Positions 1 to 11,880 of a DNA stretch of 64,000 nucleotides are shown here, in pieces. Positions within the stretch are counted from its first letter, which is position 1. Each line of letters opens with the position of its first letter. The position numbers were made by a program, and so were the translations under genes. Location of the stretch: assembly GCA_030141605.1 (NCBI GenBank), contig JAQGDQ010000361.1:62001-126000 (forward strand), read 5' to 3'. The notes under the pieces were generated by a model. That model was not told the origin of the DNA and did no database searches. It saw only the letters and a list, made by a program, of their open reading frames with translations. Source of the DNA: Tubiluchus corallicola (taxonomy: Eukaryota; Animalia; Priapulida).

Positions 1-236
1 AGAGTCATCGCGCTGGGCGAATAATGCGTATTTCAACTGATCCATAACTGAACCTGAAATATCCTTCTTATAAAAGCTGAATGGTTTAGAAGCTAAACCA
101 TCGTGGAAGACAAAATCTTCTCCTTCAATAGATACTAGACTAGATGACTTGGCTGTATTCTCTATAGACAGCACGTAGTCGAACAAGACATCTCTTAATG
201 GATTCCGTTAGTTTCTTTTGTAATTAAATCATTTAA

Positions 237-912
237 AGCACAAGAAAGCCATCCACTTACATAAAGCTTAAAAAATTCGTCTTGAAATTTTATACCACTT
301 ACGTACTACTTTTATGCATGCAGGGTTTGCATCGACAGTAACGCTGTATAAAACTTGCAAATTTAAACTTTCGCGATGACCGTTAGACACAACCATTTTG
401 ACGATAAGTCATTTCGAACAAGTTTAGGTAACACTGAGTAAAGTTTTGAAAAATAATCAGAGCATTAGCAGCGCTCGCGTCATTAACTAAGCAAAATTCT
501 AAATTACTGTATCTTGTCAATAAGATTAAAAATGCGTTTTTTGATTAGTGAGTGGTGCACCTTGGAAGTGAATCAACGACGTTTTACCAATTGGTGAGAA
601 CATTTTAAATAACTAATAATTTTCTTTTCTAGTTACATAAGTTTTTCAAGCATGTAAGCGAAATGCTAAGTAATATAACTTTGCATGGAAAGTTTTTTGG
701 GACATAGTTTAACATTTCCTTTTCTTCCCCTGATTTACGTTGTGCGTATGGAGCAGTCGGAATCCGTACTATACGGGAGATTCAAAATGAAAACAAACGA
801 AAAATCCTTTCAACGCGAGTACGATATATGCATAAAATTGCTATAAAGTATGTGTGTAGTTTTTTTAAGCGATTTTTCTGAAACCTACGTCAGGTACCCC
901 TTTTCTTGACTT
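237..912 (-). mobile_element. Kolobok/T2-like MITE family B, long form
   Basis: TTAA at 233-236 and 913-916; ends AGCACAAGAAAG and TTTTCTTGACTT; body matches 5184-5691, 10715-11222 and 19115-19703; internal end-like TTCTTCCCCT ends at 731. Confidence 0.75.
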
Positions 913-1388
913 TTAATACGTCACTAAACTGAATTTTGAACTAATTTTCTTCGCTCGCTGTAGTTATCAGTTCAATAATCACATTATGCTTTGTTTACTT
1001 ACTCCATAACAGGCAACATAGAAACTTACTTTATGCCCCTAAGAAATTCTTAAAACTGTCTCAGTTTATTTCAACATCGGAACACTTTATTACGTTAAGT
1101 CAACCTATGCAAATCTGCCGACAAAAGCCTGGATTATTGAAATTAATGTTCTCACGAAAGCTCCGTTAGGATTAACATAAAATTGATGATATCAATGCAC
1201 GAAGAGAGAATTCAAAGCTATCAGGAGGACTATTATCACCATCGGCTGCCTGTAATAAGGCACTAAGATGCTGGACACAGGTGCAACATCTAAACAGGTT
1301 AATATTTTATCGTTATAACGACAGGATCAACTGCTGTAGGGAGTTTAACTCTATCAGCTCTTGTTGTCAAGCGCCATTAGGTCTTGCT

Positions 1389-1639
1389 GAAACTTTGCAA
1401 GTTTTGCTTTGAAACAATTAGAAACAACAGAAGGTTCTGTTGGTAATCCGATATTTGATTTCACTGTGCCGTGCGTCTTTCATCAAAGAGTTGTTGCCTA
1501 TTTTATTTTATTTATTTAAAGTTTATTTTGGCACATAAAATGTTATATAAAAGTTATTATTTACATGTCAGGCACCATTAAGACAGCTACGAAAATTTAC
1601 AAAAAAATAAAAATGTTTACAATTCACAAACTTTTACTG
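1389..1639. repeat. Left arm of ~250-bp inverted duplication (partner 4171-4425)
   Basis: Near-identical reverse complement of 4171-4425 by direct reading. Confidence 0.9.
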
Positions 1640-2044
1640 ATGTTTTGTATTTTTAAATTCTGTGAATATTTTTATTATAAGTATTTTTTATTTACTATAA
1701 ATCGCTTCATCAATGTCTTTAATCATGTATTTAATAACAATCTGACACTATCGTAAAACATCAGTCCAAAGACTGAGCATACATAATTATTTATATGTAT
1801 TGTGATTTTATTACTGTACATTTTGTGTATGTTTTATCACAATATGCTTTACTGACTCAGCTAACTTATCCTTTAACTTATATATATATATATATATGTA
1901 TAAGTTAAAAGCCTGCGGTTACTACTTCAGTAAATCATGCCATCTTCTAAATATTCTGCTATAAAATCGACATCAGTTTGGTGGCATATATAATATACAA
2001 TAAAATTTGCTGATCCAATCATTCTTATTTTAAACTATAGGCGT

Positions 2045-2100
2045 TGTTTCAAACAGTAGATTGTTTTGACCTAGAGGTTAAGATTTGGTCCGGTTTTGCT
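2045..2100 (+). mobile_element. Kolobok-like MITE family A, terminal fragment
   Basis: Ends ...GATTTGGTCCGGTTTTGCT then TTAA, as in 7509-8142 and 28999-29520. Confidence 0.65.
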
Positions 2101-2911
2101 TTAAATCAAGTTTATCTCTCACCAAACAAACCAGGCTGCGGATATATATTTGAAAGAAATGATTTGAGCTGGTGGACAGCAAGAAAGCACCTATAGCAAA
2201 ACTTCTGCTGTTCACTCAGAAATTCATCTATTCTAGTTGAATAATTGGATCAATTTGACATAACTTTAATGCGCTTACGTAACTTTAATCCAACAAGATT
2301 ATACCTCAACATGCGTAAGTACTACACAATATTATTACTGGAATTCCCCCAGGCTGCAAACATGTACTAGCTGCCGGGTGGTTTTCTTAACTTATAGACT
2401 TTAAATTTAGCTTGTTTAAATAATTATTCTGTTACATCGTGAGCGTTAATTAGCTGATTTTCGAGATTAGATTAGAGTTGAAGTAGAGCAGAGTTCTCTC
2501 CAACCCCAATATTATTGTACAAAATGTGCAGTGTAGAGTATAATTCATATTTAATTGTATTTTATAGCGAGCCTGTTAAAGAGATGTAGTCAATGTTAGT
2601 GTTTTGTTTTATATATTTTATTTTTGTGCATACTTTTTCTTTTGTAGGATCAGTGTAAGTGCGCCTGCGCCTGCTAATTTCTTTCTTTTATATTATTTTA
2701 ATACATATATATAAATGTCAATAAATAAACAAAAAATATTATATTATCATTACATGGTGGACATACATCATCATATAGTATATATAATTTTCATTACACA
2801 AAGAATTCATCAAACAAGAAAAAATAGCATACATTAATAATCTCTCATCTAATGTTTTCGGTTGTTTGCAGTTGATAGTAGTAACTTTATCTGCAAAAAA
2901 GTTTTCCTTAA

Positions 2912-3228
2912 AGCAAAACCAGACCCACTAGTTCTTCGCGATTACGTTCATTTCGTCATTCGCTAGTTAGACGCTACACTAGCGCCTGCATTTCTGAAAC
3001 GCATTGCACAAAAACAGGTGTTGTAGCTCAGATGTGTTAGTTTGTGATAAACTGCACACGTTCGACAGCTCATGCGTGAGCACAGTGTTAAATTCGAAAT
3101 TTGAATTTTTATCTTAAAACTTGTCTAGAATTAGTACAACACCATGAATGCCTTACAGTAGCACTGTACTTCATACTTTCTATCGGATTTGAAAATGGGT
3201 AGTGCATGAAAAATTATCCTGTCTTCCT
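2912..3228 (-). mobile_element. Kolobok-like MITE family A, internally deleted copy
   Basis: TTAA 2908-2911, then AGCAAAACCAGA; other end TCCTGTCTTCCT followed by TCAA; interior matches family A in reverse. Confidence 0.75.
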
Positions 3229-4089
3229 TCAAGCACCTGAAGGATAAGTGTTTATATTGCACGGTAACCAGATGACGTTTGAAGTTTGAACTGATCGCGA
3301 CTTTAAATTCATTTTACTAATTACACGAGACGCTTATCACAATTTTGTTGTTAAAACTTTATAGCATTTTTCTTAAATATTAAAATAAGTTTAATTTTTA
3401 AATTATCACTTAAATTTTTAAATTGTTACTATTTTCCAAGAGGCTTAGCTTTGCTTTAAGAACTGACACCTGCTCGTGATTTCGATGGCTTCTCTATAAC
3501 TGCTTATTGCATTTCTGTAATTGCCGCCCTGTTCCATTAGTTGGCAGTCTTGTAGCTGTCGAAAGTGTTATTAAATTTTCCTCAAATCCAGATATATTTC
3601 AAAAGAGAATCTTAGAGATACGGTGGCGGTTTACGTTTACGCAACACTACAGAGAGCAGGTGCCCACTATATCCTATGCACTTTATTACAAGCTGTACTT
3701 TATCGCTGTGATGAAGCCAGCCAAATTATGCAGTTTTGGAAATTATTCATTGGAGTGCTAACGAGCCTTAAAAGCCACGACAGGTTATAATAAATAATAA
3801 AATGTCGTGTCTATATCACGTTAACTACGTCACAAGCAAACTGGCACAGTCATCAGGTATATTGTATAGTGTAACTGTGACCGACTTACTTTTTGTGATC
3901 TATGACTTAGGTTTCCCCAAGCGTAGAACTGGGATAGTTTATTGTGAAGTTATACTGAAAGTCCGAAATTTCGTCAAATTTTTCAGTTGGTTGGTACTGA
4001 TCACGCTGCCCGCCCACCCCCCTGCCGCGTTTTGTTATTTGTAGAAACAAATGCATTGAGATCGGACGATCAGTAACAATTTCACCGTT

Positions 4090-4315
4090 TTAGTGTTGTC
4101 TAACTGATTTACTGGTATCTAACTGTGAGTAAATCTTACGGAAGTTAACATAAGACGTATATGTTTGTGACAGTAAAAGTTTGTGAATTGTAAACTTTTT
4201 TATTTTTTTTTTGTAAAGTTTCGTAGCTGTCTTAATGGTGCCTGACATGTAAATAATAACTTTTATATAACATTTTCATGTGCCAAAATAAACTTTAATT
4301 AAATAAAATAAAATA
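4090..4315 (+). mobile_element. Decayed non-LTR retrotransposon (L2/CR1-like) 3' end
   Basis: Residual RKL..KTYMF-like coding near 4137-4166, AT-rich UTR, AATAAA and (AAAAT)n tail. Confidence 0.4.
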
Positions 4316-4425
4316 GGCAAGAACTCTTTGATGAAGGACGCACGGCACAGTGAAATCAAATATCGGATTACCAACAGAACCTTCTCTTGCTTCTAATTGT
4401 TTCAAAGCAAAACTTGCAAAGTTTC
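4171..4425. repeat. Right arm of ~250-bp inverted duplication (partner 1389-1639)
   Basis: Reverse complement of 1389-1639 with few mismatches. Confidence 0.9.
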
Positions 4426-5183
4426 GCAGAAATGAAATGTTTATTATATGATTAAACGGTTTGTATTTCGAACGAGTTGAATTTCGACTGGTTTGTATCT
4501 TCAAGTTAACCGAATTTAAGGAACTTGTAAAAATGGTCCACATGCGCATTCATCACCACTTATAATATCAGCTATTATACAGAAATTCATATCATCGTTA
4601 AAGTCTGTTTTGATTTTGTATATCCATTTTTATATCACGGATTATTATCTTACGATTCAGTATATGATACATCACTAAGGCCTTTACAAATGTTACAAAA
4701 CAGATATATTAGAGTCATGTTTACAAACTATTTCTTACGAATCGTAATCTCATGTATTACACGCGTAGATTTTTAAAAATTAATGAATTGTATCATCGTG
4801 AGTGATTAAATTCATCTGTAAACATTTGCTTAATCTGTTTCTTCATGTTTTTCGTGATTCTTAAATACCCGTTCAACAAATTTGAATTTATTAAACTCGT
4901 TGGGCGGTTTCCAATTATTATCCTGCTGGTGTTCATACTAATTATAGTCATTGTAACCCTTTATGCACCAGCTCTGGGCAGAAAGACTCACCGTAGTCAA
5001 AAACTCCCGAATGCACCAGTTTAATAAGTATATCTTTGATCATCTGTTATCTCGGTATTTTACATAAATTACAAAATCTTACTGTACATCTTTAGTATCA
5101 TCAGTTTGAACCAACATAGTATTATCTTCCATGGCTTATCTCAAGTTTGTCAAAATTTCATTGAGGGTAATAAGTGTCCTTAA

Positions 5184-5691
5184 AGGGGAAGAAAACGCAG
5201 TTTTAAAGTACGCCCAAAAACTTTCCACACATAGTATTATCTCTTAGCCTTACAGTTAATTGTTTGAAAGACTTATGTTACTAGAAAAGAAAATTGTTAG
5301 CAATTTAAAATGTTTGCACCAACTCGTAAAACGTCTCCTTACCAGTGTGCGCCACTGACCCACCTTCCCAGTATGCACCGCAGATAAAAAATGTATTTTT
5401 GAGCTTAGTGACATGATAAAGTAATTTAGGCTTTTGATTATTTAGTGAAGTATATTATGCTACGAACGCTCTGATTTTTTTCTCACTTTACGCAAAGTTA
5501 TCTAAATTTGTTTCAAACGACTTACCGTTAAAACGGCTGCACCTAACGGTCATCGCGGGATTTAAAATTTATAACGTGTATACAGCGTTGCTGTTAATGC
5601 AGCTCTGTGTGCAATAAGGCAGCCTGTAGGTGACACAAAATTTCGAGACGATTTTTTTCAGCTTTATGTGTGAAAAGTGTTCTCTTGTGCT
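5184..5691 (+). mobile_element. Kolobok/T2-like MITE family B, short form
   Basis: TTAA TSD at 5180-5183 and 5692-5695; ends AGGGGAAGAAAA and TTCTCTTGTGCT. Confidence 0.8.
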
Positions 5692-6184
5692 TTAAACCCA
5701 GTCAGTTACTCTAGGGCGTTTCAGCCCCATATTACCCCCAGCAACTTCAATCTTTGCATGAAAAAACTCTTTACCACAAGGTGGAGGCTTTGAAACTGAA
5801 CGCACCATTATTTTCCAACCAGACACTCGAGGCCATTCCCTTTTGCATTGCCACTTCACTTAGCAAATAATTGTATTTGTTGAAAGGGAAAGGCAAAAAA
5901 TTTTCTCCATGAATTATTTAGGCAGAACTCTAGTAATGTGTGTACTGTTGGGCTTTAGTTGGGCTTCATAACCCTTGGGGAGATGACGATGATAGACAGT
6001 GCGTGAATTTGCGACTAAATTCATCGATTAATTTTATGAGCTTCAATTCAGTTCATGGTCTAACCTGGCGTTGCACGCGTTTTCTCGTTTTAATTGAGAG
6101 CTTTGTTCCTAGCACGAAAATACGTCTATAACGTTTCATCATTGAGCGTTCTTCAGCAGTAGTCTCATAGTCTGATGTTTAAAT

Positions 6185-6374
6185 GTGATAGTAACAATAG
6201 TAACAATAGCCTCAACAGGTGTAGGAACAGCAACAACAGCAGTGCAATGTAGGCAGCTGCGGTGAGCAGTAGCTGTGACGGCGACTTCGTGATGATGATG
6301 ATGATGATGATGATGAAGAAGATAATGATGATGGTGATGATGATTGATGGTGATGGTGATGGTGATGATGATGG

Positions 6375-6406
<32 letters not shown>

Positions 6407-6723
6407 TAGGTAACGATGGTGAAGATGATGATGACGATAATAACGCTGATGATGTTGACGTTGGTGTTGTTGTTGCTGCTGTTGATGGTGATGGTGATGA
6501 CGACAATAATAGTGATAATGACGATGATGATGGTGATGGTGAAGATGGTAATGATGATGACCGTGACGATGGTGATAGTGACGATGTTGCTGATTTTATT
6601 GCTGTAGCTGCTGCGGATGATGATGAGAACGATGATGATGATAATGATAACTATGATAATGATGATAATATAGTGAAGGTGGTGATGATGGTGGTGATGA
6701 TGATGATGATGATAATGATGATG

Positions 6724-6776
<53 letters not shown>

Positions 6777-6822
6777 AGCATATTCTTCGAACACTTGCGT
6801 ACACTATAGTGATGATGACGAT
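6185..6822. repeat. Compound (GAT/GGT)n trinucleotide low-complexity region
   Basis: Long GAT runs; explains the poly-His/Asp/Met ORFs. Confidence 0.95.
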
Positions 6823-7376
6823 CACTTCAAATGTTTTGGCATTGCATGAAAACGTACCTTGTACTCGTTTCAATTTCTATTATCCAGTATATTTGAATGG
6901 GTTGAAACCAATTAAGCTGTAACTCGTTGAAGTCAGAAAACCTGGTTTTTGGTTTCACGACGGTGTGTAAAACCTGCAGTAGAATTATGTAACAATCGAA
7001 TTGGATTTCCACCAACTTTTGAATAGGCGCCTGATTGTGGTTTCAGGCACGCTTATAAAGATTTTATATCTTTTATTTGCATCTAGGAGAGCTTGTATTA
7101 TTTTTGCTACTTCTCTGATATTAAAGTAAGCATTTAAAGCTCTATTTCGTCAAATGGTGGGATAGTGGTCATATTACTAATGTTGTTAATTAATGCGTTT
7201 AAAATCACAAATCGGACTTTCCTCTCTAATTTTCAGCTTGTATTTTAATTATCGTTTGCTTTAATTAAGTTTCTATAGGCCGTGGGAATTCATTTCCTGT
7301 GTATATAGTTAGAATAAATAATAAACGGATACAAACACAAACTATAATAATAATGACGACGACACAACTAAATAGT

Positions 7377-7490
7377 GGTGAAAGTGACGATGATGCTGAT
7401 TTTATTGCTGTAGCCGCTGCTGATGACGATGAGAACGATGATGATGATGATAATTATAACTATGATAATGATGATAATATAGTGATGATG
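7377..7490 (+). repeat. Direct duplicate of ~6570-6680
   Basis: Shared non-periodic core TGCTGATTTTATTGCTGTAGC...GATGAGAACGATG...AACTATGATAATGATGATAATATAGTGA. Confidence 0.85.
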
Positions 7491-7508
7491 TAGATAATCG
7501 ATACTTAA

Positions 7509-8142
7509 AGGAAGACAGGATGATTTTTCATATAATACCCCATTTTCAAGTCCTATAAAAAGTATACATTTTAACACAGTTAATTCTGCAAAAGCGTTTC
7601 TGATAATTAAATAATAGATTAAATTCTTAATTAACACCGGGCGAGCCCAACTATCTGACATCACAAACTAACATAATTTTCAACGTCCCAAAAATGTTCC
7701 ACGAGCGTGCTATACGTGTTTGCAAAAGCGAAAATTGAAGCACATTGCTACTGTAAGTTATTCGGTGTGTTGTACTAAGACTAGACAAGTTTTAAGATAA
7801 AAATTCAAATTTCAAATTTATCGCTGCACTCACGCATGAACTGTCGAACATGTGTAGTTCGTCACAAACTAACATATCTGAACTGAAGGGTACAGCACCT
7901 GCTTTTGTGCAGTGCGTTTCTGAAGTACAGGTACTAGTGCCCATCTAACTAGCGAACGGCGAAATGCGCGTAAAAGCGAAGAAATCGTGGCGCGAACGTG
8001 AAATTGCATTTGTGTGGTAATAATTGTTTTAATAATAATAATTGTAATAATAAGTCATTTTTGAAAAAATAGCATGTTTCTTATCCATATTTCGTAGAGT
8101 AGATTTTTTGACCTACAGTTTAAGATTGAGTCCGGTTTTGCT
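7509..8142 (+). mobile_element. Kolobok/T2-like MITE family A, near full length
   Basis: TTAA TSD at 7505-7508 and 8143-8146; ends AGGAAGACAGGA and TCCGGTTTTGCT; several other copies in the window. Confidence 0.8.
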
Positions 8143-8635
8143 TTAACCATTTAAACATGCACTGTGACTCTTGTTTACTAGACTAACTATTGTTTTTTGT
8201 TCGACATATTCTTGCTACTGTGTGCATCAGTGCAGATGCCCTTAAAACTCAGAGTCGTATAGCAGCATGCATTGAAGAATCTATTACAGTGCTGTTTGGC
8301 GCAGGAGCTAGATGATTGAGACGTAATTAGGTTGATACGTTATCAATAGCCGCTACTTCAATGGCACATTAAGCTGATGAAGCCAGCGGGCAGATTTATA
8401 ATACCTTTTCATTGAGGCTGATGAATTTTTTCCCGCTTTATCTAAGCGTTGACATTTTATATAAAATCTATATAATAGTCCCGTTCTGCTTTGTTGAGGG
8501 AATGTCATAAATCAGGACTTGGAGGAGTCGATTGTCCGAGTACTTGGTTTGATGGCTTAACGTGGGTGCAGCAGCGAGTGATTGGATGGTGCAAGCATCG
8601 TTTCATGACGTCAGCGTTAGTGTGAATGGACAGAA

Positions 8636-8761
8636 AGAGAGAGAGAGAGAGAGAGAGAGGGGGGGAGAGGGAGGGGGAGAGAAAGGAGAAAGAAAGGAGA
8701 AAGAAAGGGAGAGGGAGCAAGGATAAAGAAAAAAAACGAGAGACAGAGAAAGAAAGACTGC

Positions 8762-8843
<82 letters not shown>
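8636..8843. repeat. (GA)n microsatellite and purine tract
   Basis: Direct reading. Confidence 0.97.
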
Positions 8844-8845
<2 letters not shown>

Positions 8846-9359
8846 ATGATTGGACAATGCTGTCACAAATGGATATAGACCAAAAAAAACTTTGCAGTAC
8901 GATTGCGGTTTATTACACTACTATAAACCACCTGATAAATTCAAAACCTCGTGAAAATGTTAAATGTTAATTTTTTGAAGAGTTCTCCAAAGTGCTTGAA
9001 AACTTTAAGCACTTTTACACTTACTCCAACTTTTTAAATCGAAACCAGCCACAAACATCTTCTGTTCAAAAATGTTTTTGCTAATAACAGTCTATGACTC
9101 ACATACGTGTTATTTGTTGCTAATTTAAATTTTTGTTATCTGAATAAAACGTCTTTAGGTACCTAAACCTGAGGTGTAGGAGAACTTGGTCTCGCCTAGA
9201 GGTGAGCCACTGATTTTTTTCCATCTACATCCGGGAAGTTTTTCGATTTTCTGCGTACAATTCAATTATTTCATTCACTTATAATTCTAATACGATGTAC
9301 CTTTCAGCTAGTTAGCTAGAAGGTAACTCGTTTTAGCACTAGGGGTAAGCATTCTCTAC

Positions 9360-10214
9360 TAGAAAGCGGATTCGAATCGAATCGAATCGAATTTGTGACT
9401 TTTAAATTCGAATCGAACTGCATTTCAGTATTTTCAATCCGAATCGAATTCGAATTGAGTTTGAAAGATTCTCAAACCAGTTTTCGAACCACTATTAAAA
9501 AGTGGTCTTACAAAGATCGTGCATATTACTTGATTTTGTTCTGCAGTAGAACCAGCGGCGGATTATGATTTTATGGGCCTTAGGCTTGAGCTCGGAACGG
9601 GCCTTTTAAATGTTGCTACACTGCTGAGCTGACGTGTTTTTGTGGAGCTCTCGTCGTTTGTAAAGGATGACAAATTAAACAATTTATCACTGATGCATAT
9701 TGAGTCAGATATGTTGAAAAAAACGGACTTTTCAGAAATTATAACTGACTTTGTCCCCAGAAAATTTCGGAAACTGAAATTTTGAACTTAAACTGTGTAA
9801 ACGTGAATTGTGTAAACCCGATTCGAAATATAGTGACTGACTTTTGAAAAAAAAACTTTTTTCTATATTTTATTTTGGCGGGCCCCTTGATCTTTTGTCA
9901 ATTTATTTTTTTACAACAAAAAATTTTTTTTCGTTTTATTTTGCCGGGCCCCTTTTGATCCCGGGCCTTAGGCTTCAGCCTATTCAGCCTATAGGGCTAT
10001 CCGCTACAGAGTAGAACCACTATTAGTTTGTTAAAAATTTTGCGCAGAAACTGCAGGTAAATTGTGTTAATTGCATGCTGTTTCAAACATTTTGATGATA
10101 AAGATTGTGTGACCGAAGTGCTGAATTATTCGAATCTATAATTTTAGATTCGAATCGAATTTGAATTTATAATTAAAAAGCTCTAATTCGAACGTTCGAT
10201 GATCACCCGTACTA
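9360..10214. mobile_element. Non-autonomous TIR element with (TCGAA) subterminal repeats, interrupted by a hAT MITE
   Basis: TTCGAATCGAA clusters at 9371-9490 and 10128-10200; TAG...CTA ends; no clear TSD. Confidence 0.5.
9553..10009 (+). mobile_element. hAT MITE with transposase C-terminal relic
   Basis: 8-bp TSD AGTAGAAC at 9545-9552 and 10010-10017; ends CAGCGGCGGAT and ATCCGCTACAG; 9666-9785 reads DDKLNNLSLMHIESDMLKKTDFSEIITDFVPRKFRKLKF*, like the end of the hAT dimerization domain. Confidence 0.85.
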
Positions 10215-10714
10215 GACACGGTTTTCAGAATAAACGTTGCCGTTGTCGCGTGGAATGGAAACTGTTTGCCCACTTTGGGCAGTTCATTGAAAGCATCACC
10301 GAGTTCGAAACACAACTCAGTATGAATAATTTTAGTTGACGGCATTAGTTGGTCGACTTCATTCAACTCGTCTAGCCGTAAGCTATCAATGCAGACTATA
10401 TTGGCACATGTCTGGTTCATGCATTTGACACTGCCCGCGTGTGTTGAACAAACGGTCTCACAATGCCGACAATTTTCTGCACGCCTCGGAAGCGTTTTCA
10501 TTACCAGACATAAAACCGCAATAAATCAATAGTCGGCGTAAAAAGAATTTTATTTTCACAGTCATGTGAAATTCAACAACCATCGCCATTTTATCAAGGC
10601 TGCTCTAATTTAACAGCCAATAAGAATCCGCTTTACAGAATGTCTTGACTTTCCTGTCAGCAGATACATGATACCAGGCTATTCATTGCTTGAACCAGTG
10701 AAAATTTCACTTAG

Positions 10715-11222
10715 AGGGGAAGAAAAGGGAACTTTAAAGTATTCCCTAAAGAATGGTTGAATACTCCGATCTGGTTGAATTTTTATACAATTGAAAAAGA
10801 TAATTTAAAATGATTTTGCCACCTGGTAAAATGGCACTGCTTCGCCATCCCAGTGTGCACCACTGATTCACCAAAAACGTATAATTCCTCTTACTGACAA
10901 GTCAAAGTAAGTTCTACTTTTGCTTTGTTAGTGAAATGTGCACTGTGAATGGTTTGATTGTTTTTTCAAATTTAGTGAAGTATATTATGCTACGAACGCT
11001 CTGATTTTTTTCTCACGTTACGCAATGTTATTTAAACTTGTTTCAAACGACTTACCGTCAAAATGGCTGCCGCTAACGGTCATCGCGGGAGTTTAAATTT
11101 ACAAGCTTTTTACAGCTTTACTGTTAACACAAGCCCTTTATGCAACAAGACTGCATGTCAGTGCTAAAAAATTTCAAGACGATTTATTAAGCTTTATTCA
11201 TGAGGAGTGTCTTTCTTATGCT
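10715..11222 (+). mobile_element. Kolobok-like MITE family B, short form
   Basis: TTAG then AGGGGAAGAAAA; ends TTCTTATGCT then TTAA; long matching stretch with the 5184 copy. Confidence 0.8.
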
Positions 11223-11880
11223 TTAAAGCAAGTCAAGTTAATTTAATATTAAGCTAATTTAAGTCAAGTTAACCAGTTGTTTATTAGTGAAAAGAATACA
11301 ACATGTAAAACATGAAAGCTACCCATATGGCAAACACAAGAGGACCAAAAACAAAACGAATATGATTTTCACATATTGAGGAAATATGAAAAATTAATAC
11401 GTACGTGGTATGCAACGAATGGTAAATAACACCAACATACCAGTGTAATGCCAAGAGTGCTATTAACCAGTGCACAACTCTGTAATTATTCATAAATGAT
11501 TCGTCATTCTTTCACCTCATATTGTTCCAGTTTTTGTTTGGAGCTCGCGATGTTGACGATAGTCTTTGTCTTCATTTTTAGTACCGTTACGTTTGGTTTA
11601 CCTTCAGAAGTGGGGCTTCCTTTGATCGGTCCATGAATATTTAAGGTAATGTTTCAGTATCGTGCTACCACCATTACTTTCTATCTTCTTACCACTGGTA
11701 TTGCATTTCGCCTTGCCATGACCACCCCCTCCATTCAGTTTCATCAGATACTGTCATATCCACAAAGCAGGAGCGATTTTGTACCACGAATCATTCAACT
11801 TGAAAAACCACGGCCAGATCACATTATCCACTTCTCTTCATGCATTTTAGTAATGCCAATTTAACTAGTTCTTAAATTAA

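Noticed and set aside
6139-6873. Poly-His/Ile and poly-Asp/Met ORFs of 195-244 aa
   Set aside because: Translations of a (GAT)n tract open in several frames, with no domain content.
8505-8970. RE/SL-repeat ORFs here and near 13.8, 26.3, 44.8 and 47.1 kb
   Set aside because: (GA)n/(CT)n microsatellites have no stop codons.
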